A stretch of 53,221 nucleotides of DNA from Deltaproteobacteria bacterium (GTDB lineage: Bacteria; Desulfobacterota; GWC2-55-46; DRQE01): assembly GCA_030636245.1 (NCBI GenBank), contig DAOVXI010000001.1:1-53221 (forward strand), in the 5' to 3' direction. The notes beneath the pieces were generated by a model. That model saw only the letters and a program-made list of their open reading frames with translations. It was not told the origin of the DNA and did not search any database. This document shows positions 38,311 to 46,769 of the stretch, one piece after another. Within the stretch, counting starts at the first letter, position 1. Each line of letters opens with the position of its first letter. Position numbers and translations under genes: made by a program.

Positions 38311-39296
38311 GCAAAGAAAAATACAGAAGCCTCTCTGTCTATCTTAAAGAAGAGTTCAAAGAGAAGGTCTTTAAAGTTACGCTCGATGGCGGCTTTAGCT
38401 GTCCAAATAAGGATGGCACGGTGTCATCCCTTGCAATTGACCCCTATGCGGGGTGTACATACTGTGAGGTGGAGACGATCAGACCTCTTGTTACAACCGA
38501 TGGGAAGCCGATAGATAAGCAGCTCTCCGACGGGATCGAGAAGGTAGCTGCGAGGCATAAGGCAAAAAAGTTCATTGCGTACTTTCAGATAAACTCCAAT
38601 ACGCATGCAAAGCCCGAAAAGCTGAGGGCGTTATACAAAGAGGCTCTTAGTGACGAGCGGGTAGCTCTGCTGGCGGTCTCAACCAGGCCTGATTGCATAA
38701 ATGAAGAGATCGTCGAGCTTCTGAAAGAGGTTAGCGGGGATAGGGGTTTATGGGTGGAGCTGGGTCTTCAGAGCGCAAATGATGAGACACTGAAGCGTAT
38801 CAACAGGGGCCATACCGTAGAGGATTTTCAAAGAGCGCATAAGCTTCTCTCACAAAATGGCATAAAGGTCTGTGCTCATGTAATAGCCGGGCTTCCCGGT
38901 GAGGGTAAAGAGGATTTTCTTAAAACGATAAGGTTTTTAAATGAACTTAAGGTGTGGGGAGTAAAGTTTCACCAGCTACAGGTGCTAAAAAACACAGCCC
39001 TTGAGGAGATGTACAAAAAGGGGGATTTGAAGCTTCTAAGCCTTGAAGAATACAGTGAAATTGTGGTAGAATCCATCGAGGCGTTGAGCCCCGAAGTTGT
39101 TATTCATAGGCTAAGCGGTGACGTGCCGAAAGAGTTCTTGATCGCCCCGAAATGGGGCGTGAATAAGTTCATCATAAAAGAAACAATAGATAAAAAATTA
39201 GAAGAGAGGAACTCACGGCAGGGTTCTTCATTTGTAGAAGATAAAAAAGTTAAAGAGGATAAGGAGTATTATGTTGGGAGATCCCAGAGTAGCTAA
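38307..39296 (+). CDS. Radical SAM protein, TIGR01212 (YhcC-like) family
   Basis: YRSLSVYLKEEFKEKVFKVTLDGGFSCPNKDG...GCTYC N-terminus. TIM-barrel rSAM core (WVELGLQSANDETLKRINRGHT). TTG start forms a TTGA overlap with the upstream stop. Confidence 0.75.
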   Translation: MSKEKYRSLSVYLKEEFKEKVFKVTLDGGFSCPNKDGTVSSLAIDPYAGCTYCEVETIRPLVTTDGKPIDKQLSDGIEKVAARHKAKKFIAYFQINSNTHAKPEKLRALYKEALSDERVALLAVSTRPDCINEEIVELLKEVSGDRGLWVELGLQSANDETLKRINRGHTVEDFQRAHKLLSQNGIKVCAHVIAGLPGEGKEDFLKTIRFLNELKVWGVKFHQLQVLKNTALEEMYKKGDLKLLSLEEYSEIVVESIEALSPEVVIHRLSGDVPKEFLIAPKWGVNKFIIKETIDKKLEERNSRQGSSFVEDKKVKEDKEYYVGRSQSS

Positions 39297-40344
39297 GCTT
39301 GCTTCAATTCTTGTTAATCATTCATGCCAGGTAAAGAAAAACGATACGGTCCTTATAAGCTCGTCAAGCGAGTTGGGAAAGCCCTTGGTCATAGAGTGCT
39401 TTAAAGAAGTGCTCAAGGCAGGAGGTCATCCATTCGTGAACGTGAACATAGAAGAGACGGTGAATGAGTTTTATTCTCACGCAAAGAAGCACCAGCTTGA
39501 GTACACACCGAAGCATAAGATCTATGAGGCAAAGAGCATGGATTGCTATATAAGCATCGCCGCTCCGCATAACAAGAAGGCGCTGTCAATGGTGGACCCG
39601 GAGATGGCCGCTGTGCGTGGCAAGGCGCTCTCAAAGATAAGGGACATTATTGTAAACGAAAAGCGCTGGGTTATCTGTAATTTTCCGACGAACGCTTTGG
39701 CGCAGGAAGCGGACATGAGCCTTGAGGAATACAAAAAATTCCTTTATGGTGCGACCAACATCGACTGGAAAAAGATGGATGTATTCCAGAAAAAACTTAA
39801 GAAGGTTCTAGATAAGGGAAGCACTGTGCGTATAGTCGGTAAAGACACGGACCTGACCATGAGCATAAAGGGCCGGAAGGGCATAAAGTGCGTGGGTGAG
39901 AGGAACATGCCGGATGGCGAGGTTTTCATGAGCCCTATTGAGGACAGCGCAGAGGGCCACATATTTTATGAGATGCCTGCCATATATCAGGGCCGTGAGG
40001 TTACAGGCATAAGGCTTGAGTTCAAAAAGGGTAAGGTCGTAAAGGCAACGGCAGATAAGAATGAAAAATTCCTGAACACAATGCTTAACACGGATAAGGG
40101 CGCGCGTTTTCTCGGAGAGCTTGGTGTGGCGGTAAACTACGGCATAAAAAAATTCACAAGCGATATCCTCTTTGATGAAAAGATCGGCGGCACTATTCAT
40201 CTGGCCGTTGGCAAGAGTTATGAGAGTGCCGGAGGCAAGAACAAGAGCGCCATACATTGGGATATGATAAAGGACCTGAGGCAAGGCGGCGCGCTTTACA
40301 TAGACGGCAAGGTCATACAAAAGAACGGAAAGTTCAAGATATAG
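39271..40344 (+). CDS. Aminopeptidase, M29 (AmpS/PepS, thermophilic metalloprotease) family
   Basis: DPRVAKLASILVNHSCQVKKNDTVLI...LKAGGHPFV N-terminus and IHLAVGKSY...HWDMI C-terminus are typical of M29. Confidence 0.75.
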   Translation: MLGDPRVAKLASILVNHSCQVKKNDTVLISSSSELGKPLVIECFKEVLKAGGHPFVNVNIEETVNEFYSHAKKHQLEYTPKHKIYEAKSMDCYISIAAPHNKKALSMVDPEMAAVRGKALSKIRDIIVNEKRWVICNFPTNALAQEADMSLEEYKKFLYGATNIDWKKMDVFQKKLKKVLDKGSTVRIVGKDTDLTMSIKGRKGIKCVGERNMPDGEVFMSPIEDSAEGHIFYEMPAIYQGREVTGIRLEFKKGKVVKATADKNEKFLNTMLNTDKGARFLGELGVAVNYGIKKFTSDILFDEKIGGTIHLAVGKSYESAGGKNKSAIHWDMIKDLRQGGALYIDGKVIQKNGKFKI

Positions 40345-40345
40345 A

Positions 40346-40927
40346 ATGCATAAAGACAGTGTCTTAAAAACAGCCGAGCAGAGTATCAAAACAAAGCAGG
40401 CATTTTTTACTAAAAAGAATGCCGCGCTTATCAGCGCCTGCGCTGAAATTATAGCCGGTTCATTTAAATCAGGCGGCAAGCTTCTTATCTGCGGTAATGG
40501 CGGCTCCGCAGCTGATGCGCAGCACCTTGCGGCAGAGTTCGTTAACCGCTTTGAGATAGAACGTCCTCCGCTTCCGGCGATAGCGCTTACAACAGACACC
40601 TCTATCCTTACAAGCATTGGTAACGACTATGACTTTAGCCAGCTCTTCAGTAAGCAGCTAAAGGCGCTTGGCACATCGGGTGACGTGCTTCTTGCGATAT
40701 CCACAAGCGGTGGCTCGACTAATGTTCTGCGTGCGGTCGAGGCGGCGGCGAAGCTGGACATAAAGTCCATAGCCCTGACCGGCGGCGACGGCGGCAAGGT
40801 AGGGAAGAAGGCCGATTATAATATAAACGTAGCATCAAAGAAAACGGCCAGGGTTCAGGAGGTACACATTACCGTTTGCCATATACTCTGTGAGCTTGTG
40901 GATAAGACACTCTTTAAGAAGGTATGA
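40346..40927 (+). CDS. gmhA: SIS-domain protein, D-sedoheptulose-7-phosphate isomerase GmhA/DiaA-like
   Basis: LICGNGGSAADAQHLAAEFVNRF...LTTDTSILTSIGNDYDF...LLAISTSGGSTNV...VQEVHITVCH. Confidence 0.7.
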   Translation: MHKDSVLKTAEQSIKTKQAFFTKKNAALISACAEIIAGSFKSGGKLLICGNGGSAADAQHLAAEFVNRFEIERPPLPAIALTTDTSILTSIGNDYDFSQLFSKQLKALGTSGDVLLAISTSGGSTNVLRAVEAAAKLDIKSIALTGGDGGKVGKKADYNINVASKKTARVQEVHITVCHILCELVDKTLFKKV

Positions 40928-41874
40928 TGAAGAAAAAGATAAAACCGCTTTCAACTAAAAAAGCAAAGACCTATCCCTTGAAAAAAAGGAAGAGCAAGGT
41001 CGCGGGTGAAAAACTTGCGAGGGTCTATGGCAAGGGTGCGAGCTTCTCAGAGTTCATGGATACTTTGCCGGGCATCCTGGCTGCCGAGGATATAAAGGCG
41101 GTCGTTAGTGCTATCATAAAAGCCAAGAAGAACGGCAGGACTGTGGCTCTTAGTATGGGGGCGCATGTTATTAAGACAGGTCTTACACCTCTCGTTGTTG
41201 ACATGATGGAAGCAGGCATAATAGATTCTATCGCAATGAACGGAGCATGCGTTGTGCATGACTTTGAGCTTGCTTACGCCGGAGCAACTTCCGAGGATGT
41301 CGATAAAGAGCTGAAGACAGGCAAATTCGGGATGGCAAAAGAAACCGGGGAGCTTATAAACGGTGCTATTAATAAAGGCGTTAAAAAAGGGCTTGGCATA
41401 GGCGCATCCGTCGGAGAGATGATCAAGCGTTCACGTTATGCGGGTAAGGATAAAAGTATACTCGCGGCAGGCGCGAGGCTTGGAATTCCGGTAACGGTTC
41501 ACGTCGCGCTTGGAACAGACATAATACACCTTCACCCTTCAATGGACGGCGCGCTTACGGGGCTTGGCACGCAGCGTGACTTTGAGCTTTTTGCAGGCGT
41601 TGTCGCAACGCTTGATAAAGGTGTTTTTATAAATATCGGTTCAGCGGTCATCATGCCCGAGGTTTTCTTAAAGGCATTAACCCTCGCGCGCAATACCGGA
41701 CACAGGGTGCGTGATATTACGACCGTCAACATGGACTTTATTCAGCACTACAGGCCGGTCACAAATGTCGTACGAAGGCCCACGATGACCGGAGGCCGGG
41801 GGATAACCCTTACGGGCCATCACGAGATAATGGTACCGTTGCTTTTCGCGGCAGTTAAAGAGGCGATGAAATGA
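40924..41874 (+). CDS. Deoxyhypusine-synthase-like (DHS-fold) protein, function unknown
   Basis: LSMGAHVIKTGLTPLVVDMMEAGIIDSIAMNGACVVHDFELAY follows the DHS N-terminal Rossmann pattern. The LGTDIIHLHP segment is also DHS-like. Remembered similarity only. Confidence 0.45.
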   Translation: MMKKKIKPLSTKKAKTYPLKKRKSKVAGEKLARVYGKGASFSEFMDTLPGILAAEDIKAVVSAIIKAKKNGRTVALSMGAHVIKTGLTPLVVDMMEAGIIDSIAMNGACVVHDFELAYAGATSEDVDKELKTGKFGMAKETGELINGAINKGVKKGLGIGASVGEMIKRSRYAGKDKSILAAGARLGIPVTVHVALGTDIIHLHPSMDGALTGLGTQRDFELFAGVVATLDKGVFINIGSAVIMPEVFLKALTLARNTGHRVRDITTVNMDFIQHYRPVTNVVRRPTMTGGRGITLTGHHEIMVPLLFAAVKEAMK

Positions 41875-43292
41875 AAAAGACAATACCAAAAAAAGTAAAA
41901 GGCAAAAAAGAAAACAAAAAGCTTTGGGGCGGCCGCTTTAAAGCAAGCGGAACAAGCGCGGCCGAAAGTTTTAATGCCTCCATCAGCTTTGATAAAAGGC
42001 TCTATAGGCATGACATAATAGGCTCGATCGCTCAGGCAAAGGTTCTGCAGCGCGCGGGTGTTCTGACCGCGAAGGAAGTCACGAAGATAATAAAAGGACT
42101 TAACTCGATTCAAAAAGAGATCGAGACGGATAAGTTCTGTTTCCGCACCGTGGATGAAGACATACACATGGCGATCGAGAAGAGGCTTACGGAAAAGATA
42201 GGTGCGCTCGGAGGCAAGCTTCACACCGGCCGTTCACGTAACGATCAGGTTGCAACAGATGTGCGTCTTTACTTAAAGGACGAGGGCGCTCTCGTTAGTA
42301 AAGCCATAAAGGATCTTCAGTCTGCGCTCATAAGTGTAGCGAAAAAGAACATGGACGCCGTAATGCCGGGCTACACCCATCTTCAGAGGGCACAGCCAAT
42401 ACTCTTTTCGCATCACATGATGGCATACTTTGAAATGTTGAAGCGTGACGCAGAGCGCCTCGGCGAGGCGCTTAAACGTGTGGATGTTATGCCTCTTGGT
42501 TCGGGCGCACTGGCCGGAAGTCCTTATAAGTTGGACCGTGCATATGCGGCAAAGCTCTTAAAGTTCTCAAAGGTGAGTGCCAATAGCCTTGACGCGGTGA
42601 GCGACAGGGATTTCCTGATAGAGTTTCAATCTGTTGCTTCTATAATAATGGTGCACATCTCCCGCTTGTCCGAGGAGCTGATCCTGTGGTCAAGCTCGGA
42701 GTTCGGTTTTGTCGAGATAAGCGATGAGTTTTCAACAGGCTCCTCCATTATGCCTCAGAAGAAGAACCCCGACATGGCGGAGCTTGCGCGCGGCAAGTCG
42801 GGCCGGGTCATAGGTAACCTCGTTTCAATGCTTACGGTCATGAAGTCCCTGCCGCTTGCCTACAATAAGGACATGCAGGAAGACAAGGAACCGCTCTTTG
42901 ATACCGTTGATACGCTGAAGGCCGTGCTCGATATATTCACCCCGATGCTTAAGAGCATGAAGGTGAATAAAAAACGTATGCGTGAGGCGACAGCCAAGGG
43001 CTTTATAACGGCAACCGATGTGGCCGATTACCTGACGCAAGGGGGCATGCCATTTCGGAAGGCTCACGAGGTTGTGGGAAAGGCCGTGGCGTTTTGTATT
43101 GATAAGGGCATTGAGCTTAGTGATGTAAAGGCCACGCAGTGGAAAAAATTCTCCAAAAGCTTTGGTGATGACATTATAAAAGTCGTTACCGTTGATAGCT
43201 CTGTTAAGGCACGCTCGCTTTATGGCGGGACCGCGCCTAAAGAAGTAAAAAAACAGATCACACGGGCTCTGATCGAGCTTAAGAAAAAATAG
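41871..43292 (+). CDS. argH: Argininosuccinate lyase
   Basis: WGGRF N-terminus, TGRSRNDQV, and the fumarate-lyase signature GSSIMPQKKNPD. Confidence 0.95.
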   Translation: MKKTIPKKVKGKKENKKLWGGRFKASGTSAAESFNASISFDKRLYRHDIIGSIAQAKVLQRAGVLTAKEVTKIIKGLNSIQKEIETDKFCFRTVDEDIHMAIEKRLTEKIGALGGKLHTGRSRNDQVATDVRLYLKDEGALVSKAIKDLQSALISVAKKNMDAVMPGYTHLQRAQPILFSHHMMAYFEMLKRDAERLGEALKRVDVMPLGSGALAGSPYKLDRAYAAKLLKFSKVSANSLDAVSDRDFLIEFQSVASIIMVHISRLSEELILWSSSEFGFVEISDEFSTGSSIMPQKKNPDMAELARGKSGRVIGNLVSMLTVMKSLPLAYNKDMQEDKEPLFDTVDTLKAVLDIFTPMLKSMKVNKKRMREATAKGFITATDVADYLTQGGMPFRKAHEVVGKAVAFCIDKGIELSDVKATQWKKFSKSFGDDIIKVVTVDSSVKARSLYGGTAPKEVKKQITRALIELKKK

Positions 43293-43295
43293 TAT

Positions 43296-43526
43296 ATGAA
43301 AAAAATACTTTTATACTCTGTGGCCGCGTTAGCGGCCTTTGTCTTAACCGTTGGCTGCGGCAGGAAAGCTCCTCCCGTGCCGCCCGTGGAAGTGCCTGTG
43401 GCACCGGTGGAAGTGCCCGTGGCGCCGGTGGATGAGACCGTGCCGCCCGTGGACAAGCCCGTGGCACCGATGGATGAGTCTGTGACGCCGGTGGAAGTGC
43501 CTGTGGCACCTGAGGAAGTAAATTAA
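43296..43526 (+). CDS. Small lipoprotein, LptM/LppL-like position and lipobox, with VP-rich heptad repeats
   Basis: Lipobox LTVGC followed by GRKAPP. Its position just upstream of lysA-dapF matches the position of LptM/LppL in other proteobacteria. The body is 6 x (V/M)(E/D)xPVxP. Confidence 0.55.
   Translation: MKKILLYSVAALAAFVLTVGCGRKAPPVPPVEVPVAPVEVPVAPVDETVPPVDKPVAPMDESVTPVEVPVAPEEVN
43386..43511 (+). repeat. Six tandem 21-bp in-frame repeats (GTGGAAGTGCCTGTGGCACCG consensus)
   Basis: Units start at 43386, 43407, 43428, 43449, 43470 and 43491. Units 1, 2 and 6 are near-identical. A partial unit lies at 43371-43385. Confidence 0.9.
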
Positions 43527-43551
43527 TTAATCTTATACGGAGGTACGTTGG

Positions 43552-44838
43552 ATGCATTATTTTGATTATAAAGGCGGGGCGAAGAAAAGACTTTACGCCG
43601 AGGGTGTAAGCGTAAAGCGCATTGCGAAAGAGGTCGGTACACCGGTATTTATATATAGCCACAAAACACTCACCCGACACTTTAACGCCTTTGATACGGC
43701 CTTTGCCGACGCGCCGCACCTTATATGTTTTTCCGTTAAGGCCAACTCGAACCTCGCGGTACTTAAAACATTTTCAACCCTTGGGGGAGGCTTTGATATA
43801 GTTTCCGGCGGTGAGCTCTTCAGGGTCGTTAAAGCCGGAGGAGACATGAAGAAGGTTGTCTTTAGCGGTGTGGGTAAGACAGAGGAAGAGATAGAGTTCG
43901 CAATAAAAAAACGCATACTCATGTTCAATGTCGAGAGCCCTCAAGAGCTGAGGCTGATAAACAAGGTCGCAAAACGGCTTAAGAAAAGAGCGGGCATCGC
44001 GATAAGGATAAACCCGGATGTTGATCCGAAGACGCACCCTTATATATCAACAGGACTTAAGAAAAATAAATTCGGTATCGAGCGGAAGGAAGCTCTAAGA
44101 GAGTATGCGTATGCCAGGAAGAACCTTGCGAACCTTGACCTGCTCGGCGTGGACTGCCACATAGGCTCGCAGCTAACATCCATTAAGCCATTTATCGACG
44201 CTCTTAAGAAGGTCAAGACCTTTGTCGGAGACTTGAGAGCTCAGGGTATAGACCCCGGCTACATTAATATGGGAGGCGGCCTCGGCATAACGTACGAGGA
44301 TGAAACAGCGCCGCATCCCTCAAAGTACGGCGAGGCTGTCATAAAGGAAACAAAAGACCTCGGGGTAACGCTCATATTCGAGCCGGGGCGTAACATAGTA
44401 GGTAACGCCGGAATACTGGCAACGAGGGTAACATATACAAAAAAAGGATCAGTAAAGAACTTTATTATAGCGGACGCAGGAATGAATGATCTTCCAAGGC
44501 CAAGCCTTTATGGTTCCTATCATGGCATAGAGCCTGTTGTGAAGGAAAGGCGCGGTACGGTCACGGCAGATATAGTCGGACCTATTTGCGAGACCGGAGA
44601 TTTTATTGCACGTGATAGAAAAATAAAGAAGGTCAATCCCGGCGAGCTGCTTGCCGTTATGAGTGCCGGCGCCTATTGCTATACAATGAGCAGCAACTAT
44701 AACTCGAGGCCCAGAGCCGCCGAGGTAATGGTCAAGGGCAAAGATTATTATGTAGTGAAAAAGAGAGAGAAGCCGGCAGACCTTATTGAAGGTGAGGTAA
44801 TGCCGAACGCTCTTTTTAAGAAGAGCAAGAAGAGGTAA
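43552..44838 (+). CDS. lysA: Diaminopimelate decarboxylase
   Basis: PLP-Lys context FSVKANSN, GGGLGI, GPICETGD, SAGAY. Confidence 0.95.
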   Translation: MHYFDYKGGAKKRLYAEGVSVKRIAKEVGTPVFIYSHKTLTRHFNAFDTAFADAPHLICFSVKANSNLAVLKTFSTLGGGFDIVSGGELFRVVKAGGDMKKVVFSGVGKTEEEIEFAIKKRILMFNVESPQELRLINKVAKRLKKRAGIAIRINPDVDPKTHPYISTGLKKNKFGIERKEALREYAYARKNLANLDLLGVDCHIGSQLTSIKPFIDALKKVKTFVGDLRAQGIDPGYINMGGGLGITYEDETAPHPSKYGEAVIKETKDLGVTLIFEPGRNIVGNAGILATRVTYTKKGSVKNFIIADAGMNDLPRPSLYGSYHGIEPVVKERRGTVTADIVGPICETGDFIARDRKIKKVNPGELLAVMSAGAYCYTMSSNYNSRPRAAEVMVKGKDYYVVKKREKPADLIEGEVMPNALFKKSKKR

Positions 44839-44927
44839 ATTATTACTCGGTAAAGAAAAGGTAAAAGCTTACTGACTTAATAGAAAGTGAAGCGAGGTTG
44901 GGCGCGTTTTTAAAGAGGAAAAAATTT

Positions 44928-45770
44928 ATGAAGTTAAAGTTTACGAAGATGCATGGGGCGGGTAATGATTTCATTGTACTCGACCTCAGGAAAAAGAAGC
45001 TATCGAAGTTGAAGGCTGTTATGAAGAAGTTATCTGACAGGCGTTTTGGCATCGGTTTTGATCAGGCGCTTGTACTGAAGAACTCCAGAAAAGCGGATTT
45101 TTGTATGGAGATATATAACGCTGACGGGAGCAAGGTGGAGATGTGCGGCAACGGCATAAGATGTTTTGCCGATTATATATGGAGCCGCGGTCTATCCAAG
45201 AAGAAGGTTTTAAATATAGAGACCATGGCCGGCATCATTAAACCAGCAAAAGCCGGAGCCGGGCTTGTCAGGGTTGATATGGGAGAGCCTGTCTTGGAGG
45301 GTAGTCGTATTCCCACAAAGGCAAAGGGTGTAGTAATGGATAAGCTTATAACCGCAAAGAGTGCAAGCGGTGGAAAGGCGAAGCCTTTGAAGTTTACATG
45401 TGTTTCCATGGGTAACCCTCATGCCGTTACATTTGTTAAGAAATTAAGCAAAGAGTTCGTGCACGAGTACGGTCCTTCGGTAGAGACAAACTCTTTTTTC
45501 CCCAATAGGACGAATGTGGAGTTCATCGAGGTTATGAGTAAAAGCAAGATCAAGATGCGTGTTTGGGAGAGAGGAAGTGGCGAGACACTGGCCTGCGGCA
45601 CCGGGGCATGCGCAAGCGTTGTCGCCAGCCACCTAAAAGGCTTTACAGGACGTACGGTTAAGGTTATTCTATTAGGCGGAACGCTCAAAATAGAGTGGGA
45701 TAAAAAAGACAATCATGTCTACATGACAGGGCCTGCTGTGGAAACTTTCAGCGGTGTTGCTGAAATATAA
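44928..45770 (+). CDS. dapF: Diaminopimelate epimerase
   Basis: MHGAGNDF, CGNGIRC, MGNPH, ERGSGETLACGTGA. The ATG at 44928 (RBS AGAGGA) is preferred over the TTG at 44898. Confidence 0.95.
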   Translation: MKLKFTKMHGAGNDFIVLDLRKKKLSKLKAVMKKLSDRRFGIGFDQALVLKNSRKADFCMEIYNADGSKVEMCGNGIRCFADYIWSRGLSKKKVLNIETMAGIIKPAKAGAGLVRVDMGEPVLEGSRIPTKAKGVVMDKLITAKSASGGKAKPLKFTCVSMGNPHAVTFVKKLSKEFVHEYGPSVETNSFFPNRTNVEFIEVMSKSKIKMRVWERGSGETLACGTGACASVVASHLKGFTGRTVKVILLGGTLKIEWDKKDNHVYMTGPAVETFSGVAEI

Positions 45771-45807
45771 GTTGCCTAAGTAAGATGGTATTTGAGGATT
45801 TAAAAAT

Positions 45808-45855
45808 ATGACCGGGCCTGCTGAAGAGGTCTTTAGCGGTTTGGTAGAGATATAA
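45808..45855 (+). other. Ghost copy of the last 15 codons of dapF (MTGPAEEVFSGLVEI-stop vs MTGPAVETFSGVAEI-stop)
   Basis: 45808-45855 aligns without gaps to 45723-45770. By eye, about 70 percent of nucleotides match and 10 of 15 residues are identical. Both copies end in ATATAA. Confidence 0.6.
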
Positions 45856-45895
45856 ATTAATAAATGGATGAAAATTTTTTGGAGGGTTTAGAAAA

Positions 45896-46768
45896 ATGAT
45901 AAAAGGCTGTCTAACAGCTCTTATAACCCCGTTCAAGGACGGCAAGGTTGATGAGGATGCTTTAAGGGCTCACGTGGAGGCGCAGATCGAAGGCGGCGTG
46001 GACGGGCTGGTTCCCTGCGGTACAACAGGTGAGAGCGCGACCCTTACGCACGTTGAGCATAACCGGGTTATTGATATAGTAATAGAGACATCCGCCGGAC
46101 GAGTGCCTGTTGTCGCCGGTACCGGCTCTAACTCTACAAGGGAGACCATAACGCTTACCGGTCATGCCGAGGAGGCGGGAGCCGACGCGGCTCTTCTGAT
46201 ATCTCCATATTACAACAAGCCAACGCAAACAGGGCTTTATGAGCACTATAAGGCTATTGCGGAAAGCACAAAGCTGCCTCTGCTTCTTTATAATGTTCCG
46301 GGACGAACGGCATTAAATATGGCACCGGAGACGGTCGCGCGTTTATCCGAGATAGAGAACATAATCGGCATAAAGGAAGCAACAGGCGACCTTGCTCAGG
46401 CAAGCGATATTATGGAGTACTCGAGCAAAGGCTTTCTTATGATCTCGGGCGATGATTTTATAACCTATCCCATGCTTACCATCGGTGGGCACGGGGTGAT
46501 ATCCGTTACAAGCAATATCGTTCCGAGTGATGTGAGCGAGATGTGCAGGCTTTACTTTGAAGATAAGCGTGAGGAGGCCTTAAAGCTGCACTATAAGCTC
46601 CAGGCGCTTCACAGGGTCATGTTCGTTGAGACCAACCCTATTCCGGTCAAGACGGCGCTTGCCATAATGGGTAAGGTAGCTGAAGAGTTCCGCCTTCCTT
46701 TGACAGCAATGCAGGGCGAGAACAGAAAAAAAATCGAAGACGCACTTAAGAAATACGGGGTAATATAA
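45896..46768 (+). CDS. dapA: 4-hydroxy-tetrahydrodipicolinate synthase
   Basis: PCGTTGES, YNVPGRT, and the active-site Lys context IIGIKEATGD. Confidence 0.95.
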   Translation: MIKGCLTALITPFKDGKVDEDALRAHVEAQIEGGVDGLVPCGTTGESATLTHVEHNRVIDIVIETSAGRVPVVAGTGSNSTRETITLTGHAEEAGADAALLISPYYNKPTQTGLYEHYKAIAESTKLPLLLYNVPGRTALNMAPETVARLSEIENIIGIKEATGDLAQASDIMEYSSKGFLMISGDDFITYPMLTIGGHGVISVTSNIVPSDVSEMCRLYFEDKREEALKLHYKLQALHRVMFVETNPIPVKTALAIMGKVAEEFRLPLTAMQGENRKKIEDALKKYGVI

Positions 46769-46769
46769 A

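Noticed and set aside
39808-40617. 269-aa minus-strand ORF, one of the longer ORFs in the track
   Set aside because: It lies entirely antisense to the M29 aminopeptidase and the SIS/GmhA-like gene, both of which have clear family motifs. Its product is Ala/Leu/Ser/Cys-rich with no recognisable motif, start context or RBS. This is a typical shadow ORF.
43386-43511. Possible CRISPR-like array because of regular 21-bp repeats
   Set aside because: The units are directly contiguous with no spacers. They are in frame within a CDS that has a lipoprotein signal. No cas genes are present in the window.
43279-43719. 146-aa minus-strand ORF with PRA-rich repeats
   Set aside because: It is the antisense reading of the 21-bp tandem repeat of the lipoprotein gene and of the lysA 5' end. 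Its repeat periodicity is imposed by the sense gene.
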